Positions 48,488-57,544 of a stretch of 64,000 nucleotides of DNA are shown piece after piece. This stretch comes from Candidatus Woesearchaeota archaeon. Its GTDB lineage: Archaea > Nanobdellota > Nanobdellia > Woesearchaeales > JABGXB01. Every line of letters begins with the position of its first letter. Positions within the stretch are counted from its first letter, which is position 1. The DNA is taken from assembly GCA_018675975.1 (NCBI GenBank), contig JABGXB010000002.1, forward strand, positions 442,098 through 506,097, given 5' to 3'. The position numbers and the translations under genes were made by a program. The notes beneath the pieces were generated by a model that worked only from the letters and a program-made list of their open reading frames with translations, was not told the DNA's origin and did no database searches.

Positions 48488-51205
48488 ATGGAAGAACCTT
48501 TTGCTAAAGAAATATTAGAATGTGATATCAATCATGAAGTAAAAACTGCATTTATGTCCTATGCAATGAGTGTTATTGTTTCAAGGGCATTACCTGATTT
48601 TAGGGATGGTTTGAAACCAGTTCATAGACGTATAATTTATAGTATGAATCAAAATAATTTATTGTATAATAAATCATTTACTAAATGTGCAAGAATTATA
48701 GGGGAAGTTATGGGGCATTATCATCCTCATGGTGATATGGCAATTTATGATTCTTTAGTAAGAATGGCACAAGAATTTTCTTTGCGTTATATGTTAGTTG
48801 ATGGTCAAGGTAATTTTGGTTCTGTTGATGGGGATTCTGCTGCTGCTTATAGATATACGGAAGCTCGACTTAAGAAAATTACGTCTAATTTAATTGAAGA
48901 TTTAAATAAAAATACAGTTGATTTTAAATTTAATTATGATGGTAAAGAAAAAGAACCAGTAGTTTTACCTGCTAAATTTCCAAATTTATTATTTAATGGT
49001 TCAACTGGTATAGCTGTAGGGATGGCAACCAATATTCCGCCTCATAATTCTACAGAAATTTTAAATGCATTAATTGCATTAATAGAAAATCCTGATTTGG
49101 ATGTTGAAAAATTATTTGAAATTGTTAAAGGTCCTGATTTTCCAACTGGTGGTATTATTTGTGGTGTGAGTGGAATTAGAAGTTATTTTTTAACAGGTAA
49201 GGGTAAAGTTATAATTAGATCAAAAACTAGAATTGAAGAAAAGAACGGTCGTGAAATTATTATTGTTGATGAAATACCTTATATGGTAAACAAAGCAAAT
49301 ATGTTAATGGCTATTGTTGATTTAATTAAGGATAAAAGAATTGATGGTATCTCTGATATTAGAGATGAGTCAAATCGAAATGGAGTTAGAATTATTATTG
49401 AAATTAAAAAAGGTGCAGAAGCTGCAGTTGTTTTAAATAAATTATTTTTATTATCTAGATTACAAGTTAGTTTTTCTGTTAATATGTTGGGTTTGAAAGA
49501 TCAAATCCCTTGTGTTTTAAATTTACCTCAAGTTTTAATGAATTTTAATAATTTTAGATTTGAAGTTGTAACTAGAAGAACTCAATTTGAATTGGATGAA
49601 TGTTTAGCTAAGCTTCATCTTGTAAGGGGATTAAAAATTGCAGTTGATGATATTGATGCAGTTATTGAATTAATTAAATCATCAAGTAATTATAATGATG
49701 CTTTAGTTAAATTAATGGATAAATATGGGTTAGATGAAATTCAAACTAAGGCAATATTGGATATGAAAATTAGTAAACTTACTGGTCTTGAAGTTGAAAA
49801 ATTACAGCGTGAATTAGAGGAACTTGAAATTCTTAGTGAAAAATTACGTTTTATTTTAGAGCATAAAGAAGAAATATATAAAATAATTAAAGAAGAATAT
49901 TTAGAAATATTAAATAAATTTGGTGATGAGAGAAAAAGTGAAATTAGTTATGAAGAACTTGGTGATTTTTTAGATGAAGATTTAATTAAAAAAGAAAAAG
50001 TTGTAATAACAATTTCTAAAAGTGGTTATGTTAAAAGAATTCCTTTAAATACATATAAAATACAAAAACGTGGTGGTAAAGGAGTTATTGGTGCAACTAC
50101 TCGTGAAGAGGATGTAATTGATCAAATGTATGTTTGTAATAGTAATGATAATTTATTATTATTTACTGATACTGGAAAAATTCATTGGTTAAAAGCATTT
50201 CATGTGCCTGAAGCAACTCGTACTGCAAAAGGTAGGGCTGTTGTAAATTTAGTTAGATTGGCGCCAAATGAAATTGTAACGAGTTCAATTATGGTAAGTG
50301 ATTTTGATCCTAATAAGAATTTGATTTTTTCAACTAAATCTGGATTATTAAAGAAAACATCATTAAAGTATTATTCCAAACCGCGTTCTGGTGGAATTAC
50401 AGCTATTAATTTAATGCCTAATGATAGTGTTGTTAAAGTATTATTAACTGATGGGAGTGATAAACTATTACTTGCAAGTCGAAATGGTTTAGCTGTTAAG
50501 TGTAAAGAATCTGATGTGCGTTCTGTTGGAAGAAATAGTAAAGGTGTTCGTGGTATTAGATTAAATTCACATGATTATGTTGTAGATTTTATGAAAGTTT
50601 CTGATGATCAAGATATCTTAACTATAACTGAAAATGGTTATGGTAAAAGAACTAAGTCTACAGATTATAGATTAATTAATCGTGGTGGTAAGGGTGTAAT
50701 TAATATAGTAACATCACCACGAAATGGTAATGTGTGTGCAGTTCGTCCAATTAATGGTGATGAATCTATACTTTTAATTTCTAAAAATGGTATACTTATT
50801 GGGGTTAAAGCCTCTGATGTTTCAACAATTGGAAGAAATACTCAGGGTGTAAGGATTATGAAATTATCTCAAGGTGATGTTTGTATATCAGTTACAAGTT
50901 TTAAAAATGAGGATGAGAATATGGATGAAAATTTAAATATAGATGACACTAATGTTGAATTTAGTAGTGAGAGTGAAGACACTAATGTTGATGTAGAAGT
51001 AAAAGATAATGAATTAGAGTTAGATGAAAATGATAAGATAGTTAGAGATGAAGATTTTAATCAACATCATGCACATTCTGAAAATATTGAGAGTGGCGAT
51101 AAAAAATCAGATGACTCTGAAACTAGTAGTGATGATCAAAATTATTCTGCAGAAGACGAAGAAAGTTTTGATGAATCAAATATGGATCGAGAAAACGAGA
51201 GATAA
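48488..51205 (+). CDS. gyrA: DNA gyrase subunit A
   Basis: RALPDFRDGLKPVHRR, YHPHGD, YRYTEARL, GyrA-box QKRGGKG, beta-pinwheel repeats. Confidence 0.97.
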   Translation: MEEPFAKEILECDINHEVKTAFMSYAMSVIVSRALPDFRDGLKPVHRRIIYSMNQNNLLYNKSFTKCARIIGEVMGHYHPHGDMAIYDSLVRMAQEFSLRYMLVDGQGNFGSVDGDSAAAYRYTEARLKKITSNLIEDLNKNTVDFKFNYDGKEKEPVVLPAKFPNLLFNGSTGIAVGMATNIPPHNSTEILNALIALIENPDLDVEKLFEIVKGPDFPTGGIICGVSGIRSYFLTGKGKVIIRSKTRIEEKNGREIIIVDEIPYMVNKANMLMAIVDLIKDKRIDGISDIRDESNRNGVRIIIEIKKGAEAAVVLNKLFLLSRLQVSFSVNMLGLKDQIPCVLNLPQVLMNFNNFRFEVVTRRTQFELDECLAKLHLVRGLKIAVDDIDAVIELIKSSSNYNDALVKLMDKYGLDEIQTKAILDMKISKLTGLEVEKLQRELEELEILSEKLRFILEHKEEIYKIIKEEYLEILNKFGDERKSEISYEELGDFLDEDLIKKEKVVITISKSGYVKRIPLNTYKIQKRGGKGVIGATTREEDVIDQMYVCNSNDNLLLFTDTGKIHWLKAFHVPEATRTAKGRAVVNLVRLAPNEIVTSSIMVSDFDPNKNLIFSTKSGLLKKTSLKYYSKPRSGGITAINLMPNDSVVKVLLTDGSDKLLLASRNGLAVKCKESDVRSVGRNSKGVRGIRLNSHDYVVDFMKVSDDQDILTITENGYGKRTKSTDYRLINRGGKGVINIVTSPRNGNVCAVRPINGDESILLISKNGILIGVKASDVSTIGRNTQGVRIMKLSQGDVCISVTSFKNEDENMDENLNIDDTNVEFSSESEDTNVDVEVKDNELELDENDKIVRDEDFNQHHAHSENIESGDKKSDDSETSSDDQNYSAEDEESFDESNMDRENER

Positions 51206-51286
51206 TAATTTTTTTATTATTTATATTTTTTTATAATAATTTTTATAAGTTAAATTATTATTATTATTTTATTATGGTGATATTTT

Positions 51287-52627
51287 TTGACTAAACATAC
51301 TGGGCCTGTTTTACATAGGGATTATAATTCTACTGTTAATTTTTTATCAAGTTTATATGGTACTGATTTATTTGGTTTAAATATTGGACAAATTAATAGT
51401 TTGTCAGAATTATATGAGCAAAACCCATTAGCTAAAAGTTCTATTTTAAAATTTAATGGTCTTAGGGGTAAAATAATTAAACCCATTTCTTTGGAAGATC
51501 AATTATCTGTGAGTGAGGTAGATTTTAAACATTTTGTTGATAATTCTAATGGCTTATATGATTTTTTAGAAATATTAGAAAGTGAATATGATCATGAACT
51601 TACTAATAACTGTGGTACTTCAAATTTAATGAGTTATTCAAAATTAAGTGATTTAATAAAACCTAAAAATTCAAAAATAGTTTTTTCTATTTTAGGTTAT
51701 TTACATAATTTAAATAGAACTGGCCATGATTTTACTGTTGACCCATTTGTAATTATTAGTTCACTTGATTCTCATTTAAGAGAATTTGAGCCAGTTAAGG
51801 AAAAATATTATGATCTTTTAATAGAATTAAAAATTGAAAAACAGCATAAAAATTTAGAATTACCTGAATACAAAAAAGTTTTACAATTTGATGGAAAATC
51901 TAAAAATATTAATTTATTTTTTGATCAGATAACAAGTTTAGGTTATATTGTTAATCGATGTGTTAATGTTTTTGAAAATGTTTGTGAGGTTTTAGATCCA
52001 AAATATTTGTCATTATTGAATGTATTAAATCAAACTAATTTTGATTTATCTACTACAAAAACTCCTTCAAGATTTACGAATTCAGCATTTCGTTTTTTAA
52101 AATACATGGGTGATATTGATGGTTTTGAAAATTTTCTAACAAAGTTATCAGATTATTCATTTGTTGATACGAATTATGCTTTTGATGGATTAAATATTAC
52201 TTCTTTTGAAAATATGAATTTTGAAAAAACTATTGAGTTTTGTGAAATTGCAAAAAGTTTAAATTCAAAACCAATATCTTTTAAAACTTTATTTGAAAAT
52301 AATAAAAATATTTCTAGATTTGTTGATGAACAAGATTTAATTAAAGAAATATTTTCTGTATTTGAATATGATGATAATTTAAATAATTTTATTTTAAATT
52401 ATATGGGATTTATTTGTGATGATTTTCAAAATTATAAAACGATGTTATTTGAAATACGTGATAAAACTGGTAAAAAAATTAAAATGGATTTTATTAGAAA
52501 TTCAAATGTGAGTACATTTTTTCAAGATTATGATTCTGGAGATCAAAATGCTAAAGATGAACTTATTGAAAACTTTAAACATTTTTATTCTGATGATATA
52601 GCTCATGAGGATTTGAGTTTAAATTAA
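51287..52627 (+). CDS. Hypothetical protein (tandem paralog A)
   Basis: 446 aa, alignable by eye with the next gene; GGTGA RBS, TTG start. Confidence 0.7.
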   Translation: MTKHTGPVLHRDYNSTVNFLSSLYGTDLFGLNIGQINSLSELYEQNPLAKSSILKFNGLRGKIIKPISLEDQLSVSEVDFKHFVDNSNGLYDFLEILESEYDHELTNNCGTSNLMSYSKLSDLIKPKNSKIVFSILGYLHNLNRTGHDFTVDPFVIISSLDSHLREFEPVKEKYYDLLIELKIEKQHKNLELPEYKKVLQFDGKSKNINLFFDQITSLGYIVNRCVNVFENVCEVLDPKYLSLLNVLNQTNFDLSTTKTPSRFTNSAFRFLKYMGDIDGFENFLTKLSDYSFVDTNYAFDGLNITSFENMNFEKTIEFCEIAKSLNSKPISFKTLFENNKNISRFVDEQDLIKEIFSVFEYDDNLNNFILNYMGFICDDFQNYKTMLFEIRDKTGKKIKMDFIRNSNVSTFFQDYDSGDQNAKDELIENFKHFYSDDIAHEDLSLN

Positions 52628-52688
52628 TTTTTTATTATTTATATTTTTTTACAATAGTTTTTATAAGTAATTTTTTATTTTATTTTAT

Positions 52689-54104
52689 ATGTCTTTAGAA
52701 ACAGAAGTTGTAAGTTCAGAAACTCTTGGGGGTACTTTTAATCAGACTTATTCCTTTCTAGAGAAAACTTATGGTAAAGGTGTTTCTAAATTAAGAGTGG
52801 ATAATATTTTAAAAATTGATTCATTATATAATAGATATCCACAACTTAAAAAAAAAATTACTAAAATTAATGGTTTGAAAGGGTTAATGGCTGAACCTTT
52901 TTCTTTAGATGATCATCTTTTAAGAGAGGGAGAATCTATTGATAATTTTAATTGTTTTTTTGAAAATATTTATGGTTTTTTAGAAAAAATTGAATCTGAT
53001 TATAAGGATGTAATTGATAATTCTAAAAATCCTGTTTCAATTATGGATAATCCTTTTAACTTTGCTCATTCAAATGCTAAAGAAAGGTCAGATATTATTT
53101 TTTCAGTTTTAGATTATGTGAAAAAAGTAAATAAAGATGGACATAATTTTAAAATTAATCTTTCCACTCTGGTTAGTGATTTTAATTCATTAGTTGCACT
53201 TAATGATAGGAAAGAACAAATTTATAATACTATTATTGAATTAGGTGTTTCAAAAGAATATAATATTTTTTACTTGGGTGATTATAATAAATTATTAACA
53301 TATAAAGATAAAGCAGAGAAAATTTCAACTTTTATTTCTCATGCCAAGAGTTTGGATTATAAAATTGAATCTTGTTTTGATACTTTGGATGATGTGTATG
53401 GTATAGTGGATTCTAATTGTATTCCTTTATTGACTACATTAAGGGGATGTGATATTGGAATTTCAGAAGACAGATCTGATTCCGACTCCCGGGATATGAA
53501 TAAAAACTTTTTTTATGTTTTAAAAAAAATGACTCAGAAACAAGGTTTTGAATCTTTATTATCTTATATGCAAAAATTACCTTTTTTAAAAACAGATATG
53601 ACTTTTTCTAGAGTTAACGGTGAGGGTTGGTTAGAGAGCTTTAATGTTGAAGCAACATTAGATTTTTGTAAATTTGCTGAACAATATGGTGCCAAAAATT
53701 TAAGTTTTAAAAGTTTATTTTTTTATAATGGCTTTGTTGAAGTATTTTCAGAACATAAAAATAATATTATTAAAATGTTAGATTGTTATGATTTTGATAA
53801 AAATTTAAGTGGATATTTACAATCTGCTGAATGTTTAAATTATACTTTTGGTATTTATGATGATGATAAATTTAATTATGAAAAATCATTAGGTTTTATT
53901 ATTAGAGATATTTGTAAAAAGACTAATAGAAAATTTAAATCAAAATTTGGTTCTGGAATGACTATGTTTTTAAATTTTATAGATGAATTTTCACCTTTTA
54001 CAAAAAATTATGAGGTTGAAGAATTTATTGATTTTTTAAATAAAAATGCAGAAAAAGAGGGTGTTATTACATATAATGATGTTGATTCTTTTAAAAAACA
54101 TTAA
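52689..54104 (+). CDS. Hypothetical protein (tandem paralog B)
   Basis: 471 aa; KINGLKG..EPFSLDDHL versus KFNGLRG..KPISLEDQL in paralog A. Confidence 0.7.
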   Translation: MSLETEVVSSETLGGTFNQTYSFLEKTYGKGVSKLRVDNILKIDSLYNRYPQLKKKITKINGLKGLMAEPFSLDDHLLREGESIDNFNCFFENIYGFLEKIESDYKDVIDNSKNPVSIMDNPFNFAHSNAKERSDIIFSVLDYVKKVNKDGHNFKINLSTLVSDFNSLVALNDRKEQIYNTIIELGVSKEYNIFYLGDYNKLLTYKDKAEKISTFISHAKSLDYKIESCFDTLDDVYGIVDSNCIPLLTTLRGCDIGISEDRSDSDSRDMNKNFFYVLKKMTQKQGFESLLSYMQKLPFLKTDMTFSRVNGEGWLESFNVEATLDFCKFAEQYGAKNLSFKSLFFYNGFVEVFSEHKNNIIKMLDCYDFDKNLSGYLQSAECLNYTFGIYDDDKFNYEKSLGFIIRDICKKTNRKFKSKFGSGMTMFLNFIDEFSPFTKNYEVEEFIDFLNKNAEKEGVITYNDVDSFKKH

Positions 54105-55240
54105 ACTCTTTTATATTTAATTATTGTATTGGTTTCTTTTCCAATTATTATTTCATGTTTACTTTCAATTTTAAAGCCAATGGGTTCTAAATAATATCTG
54201 TCTGATTTTAATATTAATACTAATTTACTTTGTTTATTTTTTTTTAATAAGTAGTCAATTCTAATCCAAAAGTTTTCTATTTTTTTCCCAATTTTATCAC
54301 TTTCTGTTTTTTTAAATGAAATGTTTGGTTGTGTGATTATATAGTCAAATAAATGTTCTTCATATTTTATATCGATATCATTGAATAATATTTTTGTGAA
54401 TTTTATTGGTTTTAGGCCCATTACTTTTGCATTTTTTTGTGAATATAATACATTTTTTATTGCACTGTCATGGCCTATGAATTTGGTTTTTAATTCTTTT
54501 AAATTGTCAAGTGAAATAATATATTCTAATATATTAAAATCAAATAATTCTTTGATTTTTAAAATACCAAATATATTCTTTCTATAATAATTTGTTGACA
54601 TTTCTTTTTGTGATAATGCTGATTCTATTAATGTTATTCCTGTATCACAAAAAGGGTCTAATATTGTTTTATTTGAAATCTTTTTTTCATTTTCAATTAA
54701 AATTTGATATGCGGCATATGCAATATTTCCTTTTAGTGAATTAATTGAATTGTGTAATTTATATTCTCTTTTTGATAAATCTATTTCTGAAAAATCAATT
54801 CCTACCATAAAAATTGTTTTGTCAATATATCCATAAAAATTAATGGTGGGATTAGATAAATTTACTTTTATATTATATTTGGTACATATTTTTGTTCCAA
54901 TTTCTCTTTCTAAGTCTTGTTTTTTATAATTTTCATTTTTTGAAATAAACTTAGTTGCCATTGATTGAGTTTCTAAATTAAGTTTTTTTATTATTGAAAA
55001 TTCAGAATCATTAATTTCAAAAGAGTTTTCAAAATCACTTAATTTTATTTTTGTTAAGACTAATCCAATTTTAAAGAATGATTTTGATAAATATATTAAT
55101 TTAATTATTTGTTTATAGTTTTCTACTTTAAAAATTAAACAATTATTTAAAGTTTCAATTTTATCTGTATTTAAAAGAGATTTTATTTCATCTATGGCAA
55201 AACGTTCCATGCCATTACTTATTATTCCAAATGCTTTCAT
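54101..55240 (-). CDS. THUMP-domain RNA methyltransferase-like protein (Trm14/RlmL-like), divergent
   Basis: GMERFAIDEI, KVNLSNP, DLSKREY, ILDPFCDTG, IITQP. Confidence 0.78.
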   Translation of the reverse strand: MKAFGIISNGMERFAIDEIKSLLNTDKIETLNNCLIFKVENYKQIIKLIYLSKSFFKIGLVLTKIKLSDFENSFEINDSEFSIIKKLNLETQSMATKFISKNENYKKQDLEREIGTKICTKYNIKVNLSNPTINFYGYIDKTIFMVGIDFSEIDLSKREYKLHNSINSLKGNIAYAAYQILIENEKKISNKTILDPFCDTGITLIESALSQKEMSTNYYRKNIFGILKIKELFDFNILEYIISLDNLKELKTKFIGHDSAIKNVLYSQKNAKVMGLKPIKFTKILFNDIDIKYEEHLFDYIITQPNISFKKTESDKIGKKIENFWIRIDYLLKKNKQSKLVLILKSDRYYLEPIGFKIESKHEIIIGKETNTIIKYKRV

Positions 55241-57451
55241 TTATGCTAGTATCTCATTTCTATTATTATTGTTATTAGATTTCATTATATTTTTACATTT
55301 GGGATAATTATTACAACCATAAAATGTTCCATAAATTCCTTTTCTTTTAATCATGATTCCATCTTTACACTTATTGCATGCACTTCCTTCAATTTCATCT
55401 TTTTCATTTTCTTCTGATTCTTCTTTTCCTGGACATTCTTTATTTATACATAAAATTTGTTCGATTTTTCTTCCTTTTTTATTTGCTAATTTAATAAGTG
55501 GATAATTATCATGTTCACAAACTTTGTCTGTAGATATTATTTTTTTTCCACTAGGTATACTAATTGTAGTTTTACATTCTGGATAACTATTACATGCAAT
55601 AAATTCTCCAAATTTTCCTTTTCTCAAGGATAATTGTCCCATTTGACATTTTGGACATAATCCATAAGTATTTTTTTCATTTAATGCAATAATATTGGCT
55701 TGATAGATTTCTTTTCCAATTTCTTTTTCTTTTTTAATAAATTCTTCACAAACTTTTTTAATTATTTTTTTTGTTTCGTCTAATACACTTTCATATTGAA
55801 TTTTTTTGTCATATATTTTTTGCATATCTTCTTCTAATTTTCTAGTCATTTCTATACTTAAGATTTCAGGACAATATTTTTCTAATGTTTCAACTATTTT
55901 TTGTCCAAGTTTTGTAACTTCAATTGATTTACTATCTAAATATTTTCTTTGAAATAATTGTTGTAAAATTACGGATCTTGTTTGTTTAGTTCCGATATTA
56001 TTTTTTTCAAGTGCACTTATTATGCTAGCTTCAGTATATCTTTTTGGTGGTTTAGTTTCTTTATCTTCTTTTATTGTTTTTTTATTTATTACGATTTCAT
56101 TTTTTTTTATATCTGGTAAAGTAACTTCTTCTAATTTTAAATGTGGTCTGTATAATTCATACCATCCTTCTTCAACTGTTCTTGTTCCTTTTAATATGAA
56201 TGGTTCTTTTTCAAAATCTACTGTAACTGTCATTGTTTCTCGCGTAGCATCGCTTCCAAATACTGCAAAAAACCTTTTTACAATTAAATCATATACTTTT
56301 AATAATCTTTTATCTTCAGTACCTGGTAATATACCTGTTGGATATATTGCCGGGTGTGCAGGATCATCTTTTTTTCCTTCAGTTGGTTTCAAATCTGTAC
56401 TTAATACTTTTTTTGTTAATTCTAAATATTGTTTTGATCTTGCAAGTGCATTTAATATTTCTTTTAAATCTAAATCTTTTGGATATTTTTGTGAACTTGT
56501 TCTTGGATAACTTATCCATCCATTTGAATATAATTCTTGTGCAATTTTTAATGTATCTTTAGGTGGTATTGCAAATACTTTATTTACTTCTAATTGTAAT
56601 TGTGTAAAATCAAATGGAACTGGTGGTTTTACTTTGAATTTTTTTCTTGTTATGTCTGTAACTTTACCGTCTTTTTTATTTACTTTATTAAATATTTCTT
56701 TAGCTCTTTTCTCTTCTTTGAATTTTTTTTCTTTATGTTCTAATTCTATATTATTTTTATTAATTTCACCTTGAATTTTTATTTCATGATATGGTTCTGG
56801 TATAAATACAGAAATTTCTTTTTCTCTTTCATTTAGAATTTTTAATGTTGGTCCTTGTACTCTACCTGATGACATTTGAATATGTTTTCCAGTAGCTGCT
56901 TTAATTGAACTTGTTAATGCTCTACTTATATTAATACCATAAAACCAATCTAGAAAATGTCTTGCAAGTCCTTGTTCTGCTTGACCCCAATTAAGTGTTT
57001 TTTCTTTATTTTCATATGATTTTTTTAATGTTGGTGCGGTAATTGCAGAATATTTCATTCTTTCTGCATCTTTTTTTTTACATGCATATTTTAATACATT
57101 ATATCCAATTATTTCTCCTTCAACATCATAATCGGTTGCAATTGTAAATTCGTCCGCTTCTTTTGCTAATTTTTTTACTGTCTCAATATATTTTCTAGTA
57201 TAATCTGCATCTTTATTAATTTCATAAATTGGTTTCCAATCACAATCAAAAATTGGATATTTATTTTTTACTTGGCTATTTAATACATATAAGTGACCTG
57301 CTGCAGCTGCTACTATGATTTCTTTATCTTTTATTTTTAGCCTATAATATGGAGTTCCCTTAAAATTTTCTTTTTTTGCTTTTCCACCTGATATTGCACC
57401 TGCTATTTTTTGTGCAACACTTGGTTTTTCAGCAATTATTAATTCAGTCAT
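55241..57451 (-). CDS. topA: DNA topoisomerase I (type IA)
   Basis: IIAEKPSVA, ATDYDVEGE, SSGRVQGP, ISYPRTSS, C-terminal zinc ribbons. Confidence 0.96.
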   Translation of the reverse strand: MTELIIAEKPSVAQKIAGAISGGKAKKENFKGTPYYRLKIKDKEIIVAAAAGHLYVLNSQVKNKYPIFDCDWKPIYEINKDADYTRKYIETVKKLAKEADEFTIATDYDVEGEIIGYNVLKYACKKKDAERMKYSAITAPTLKKSYENKEKTLNWGQAEQGLARHFLDWFYGINISRALTSSIKAATGKHIQMSSGRVQGPTLKILNEREKEISVFIPEPYHEIKIQGEINKNNIELEHKEKKFKEEKRAKEIFNKVNKKDGKVTDITRKKFKVKPPVPFDFTQLQLEVNKVFAIPPKDTLKIAQELYSNGWISYPRTSSQKYPKDLDLKEILNALARSKQYLELTKKVLSTDLKPTEGKKDDPAHPAIYPTGILPGTEDKRLLKVYDLIVKRFFAVFGSDATRETMTVTVDFEKEPFILKGTRTVEEGWYELYRPHLKLEEVTLPDIKKNEIVINKKTIKEDKETKPPKRYTEASIISALEKNNIGTKQTRSVILQQLFQRKYLDSKSIEVTKLGQKIVETLEKYCPEILSIEMTRKLEEDMQKIYDKKIQYESVLDETKKIIKKVCEEFIKKEKEIGKEIYQANIIALNEKNTYGLCPKCQMGQLSLRKGKFGEFIACNSYPECKTTISIPSGKKIISTDKVCEHDNYPLIKLANKKGRKIEQILCINKECPGKEESEENEKDEIEGSACNKCKDGIMIKRKGIYGTFYGCNNYPKCKNIMKSNNNNNRNEILA

Positions 57452-57544
57452 ATTTTTGTTAATTTTTTTTCTTTTTTAAATTTATTCAATTTTTAGCAAT
57501 ATTATAAGGATAATCTTTAAATATTGGACAAAAATCTTAATTTT

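Noticed and set aside
56022..56510. 162-aa plus-strand ORF and similar shadow ORFs (for example 3655-3864, 6571-6837, 34868-35107, 37962-38198, 59572-59919, 60073-60477)
   Set aside because: Antisense or alternate-frame shadows of well-supported genes, with no motifs of their own
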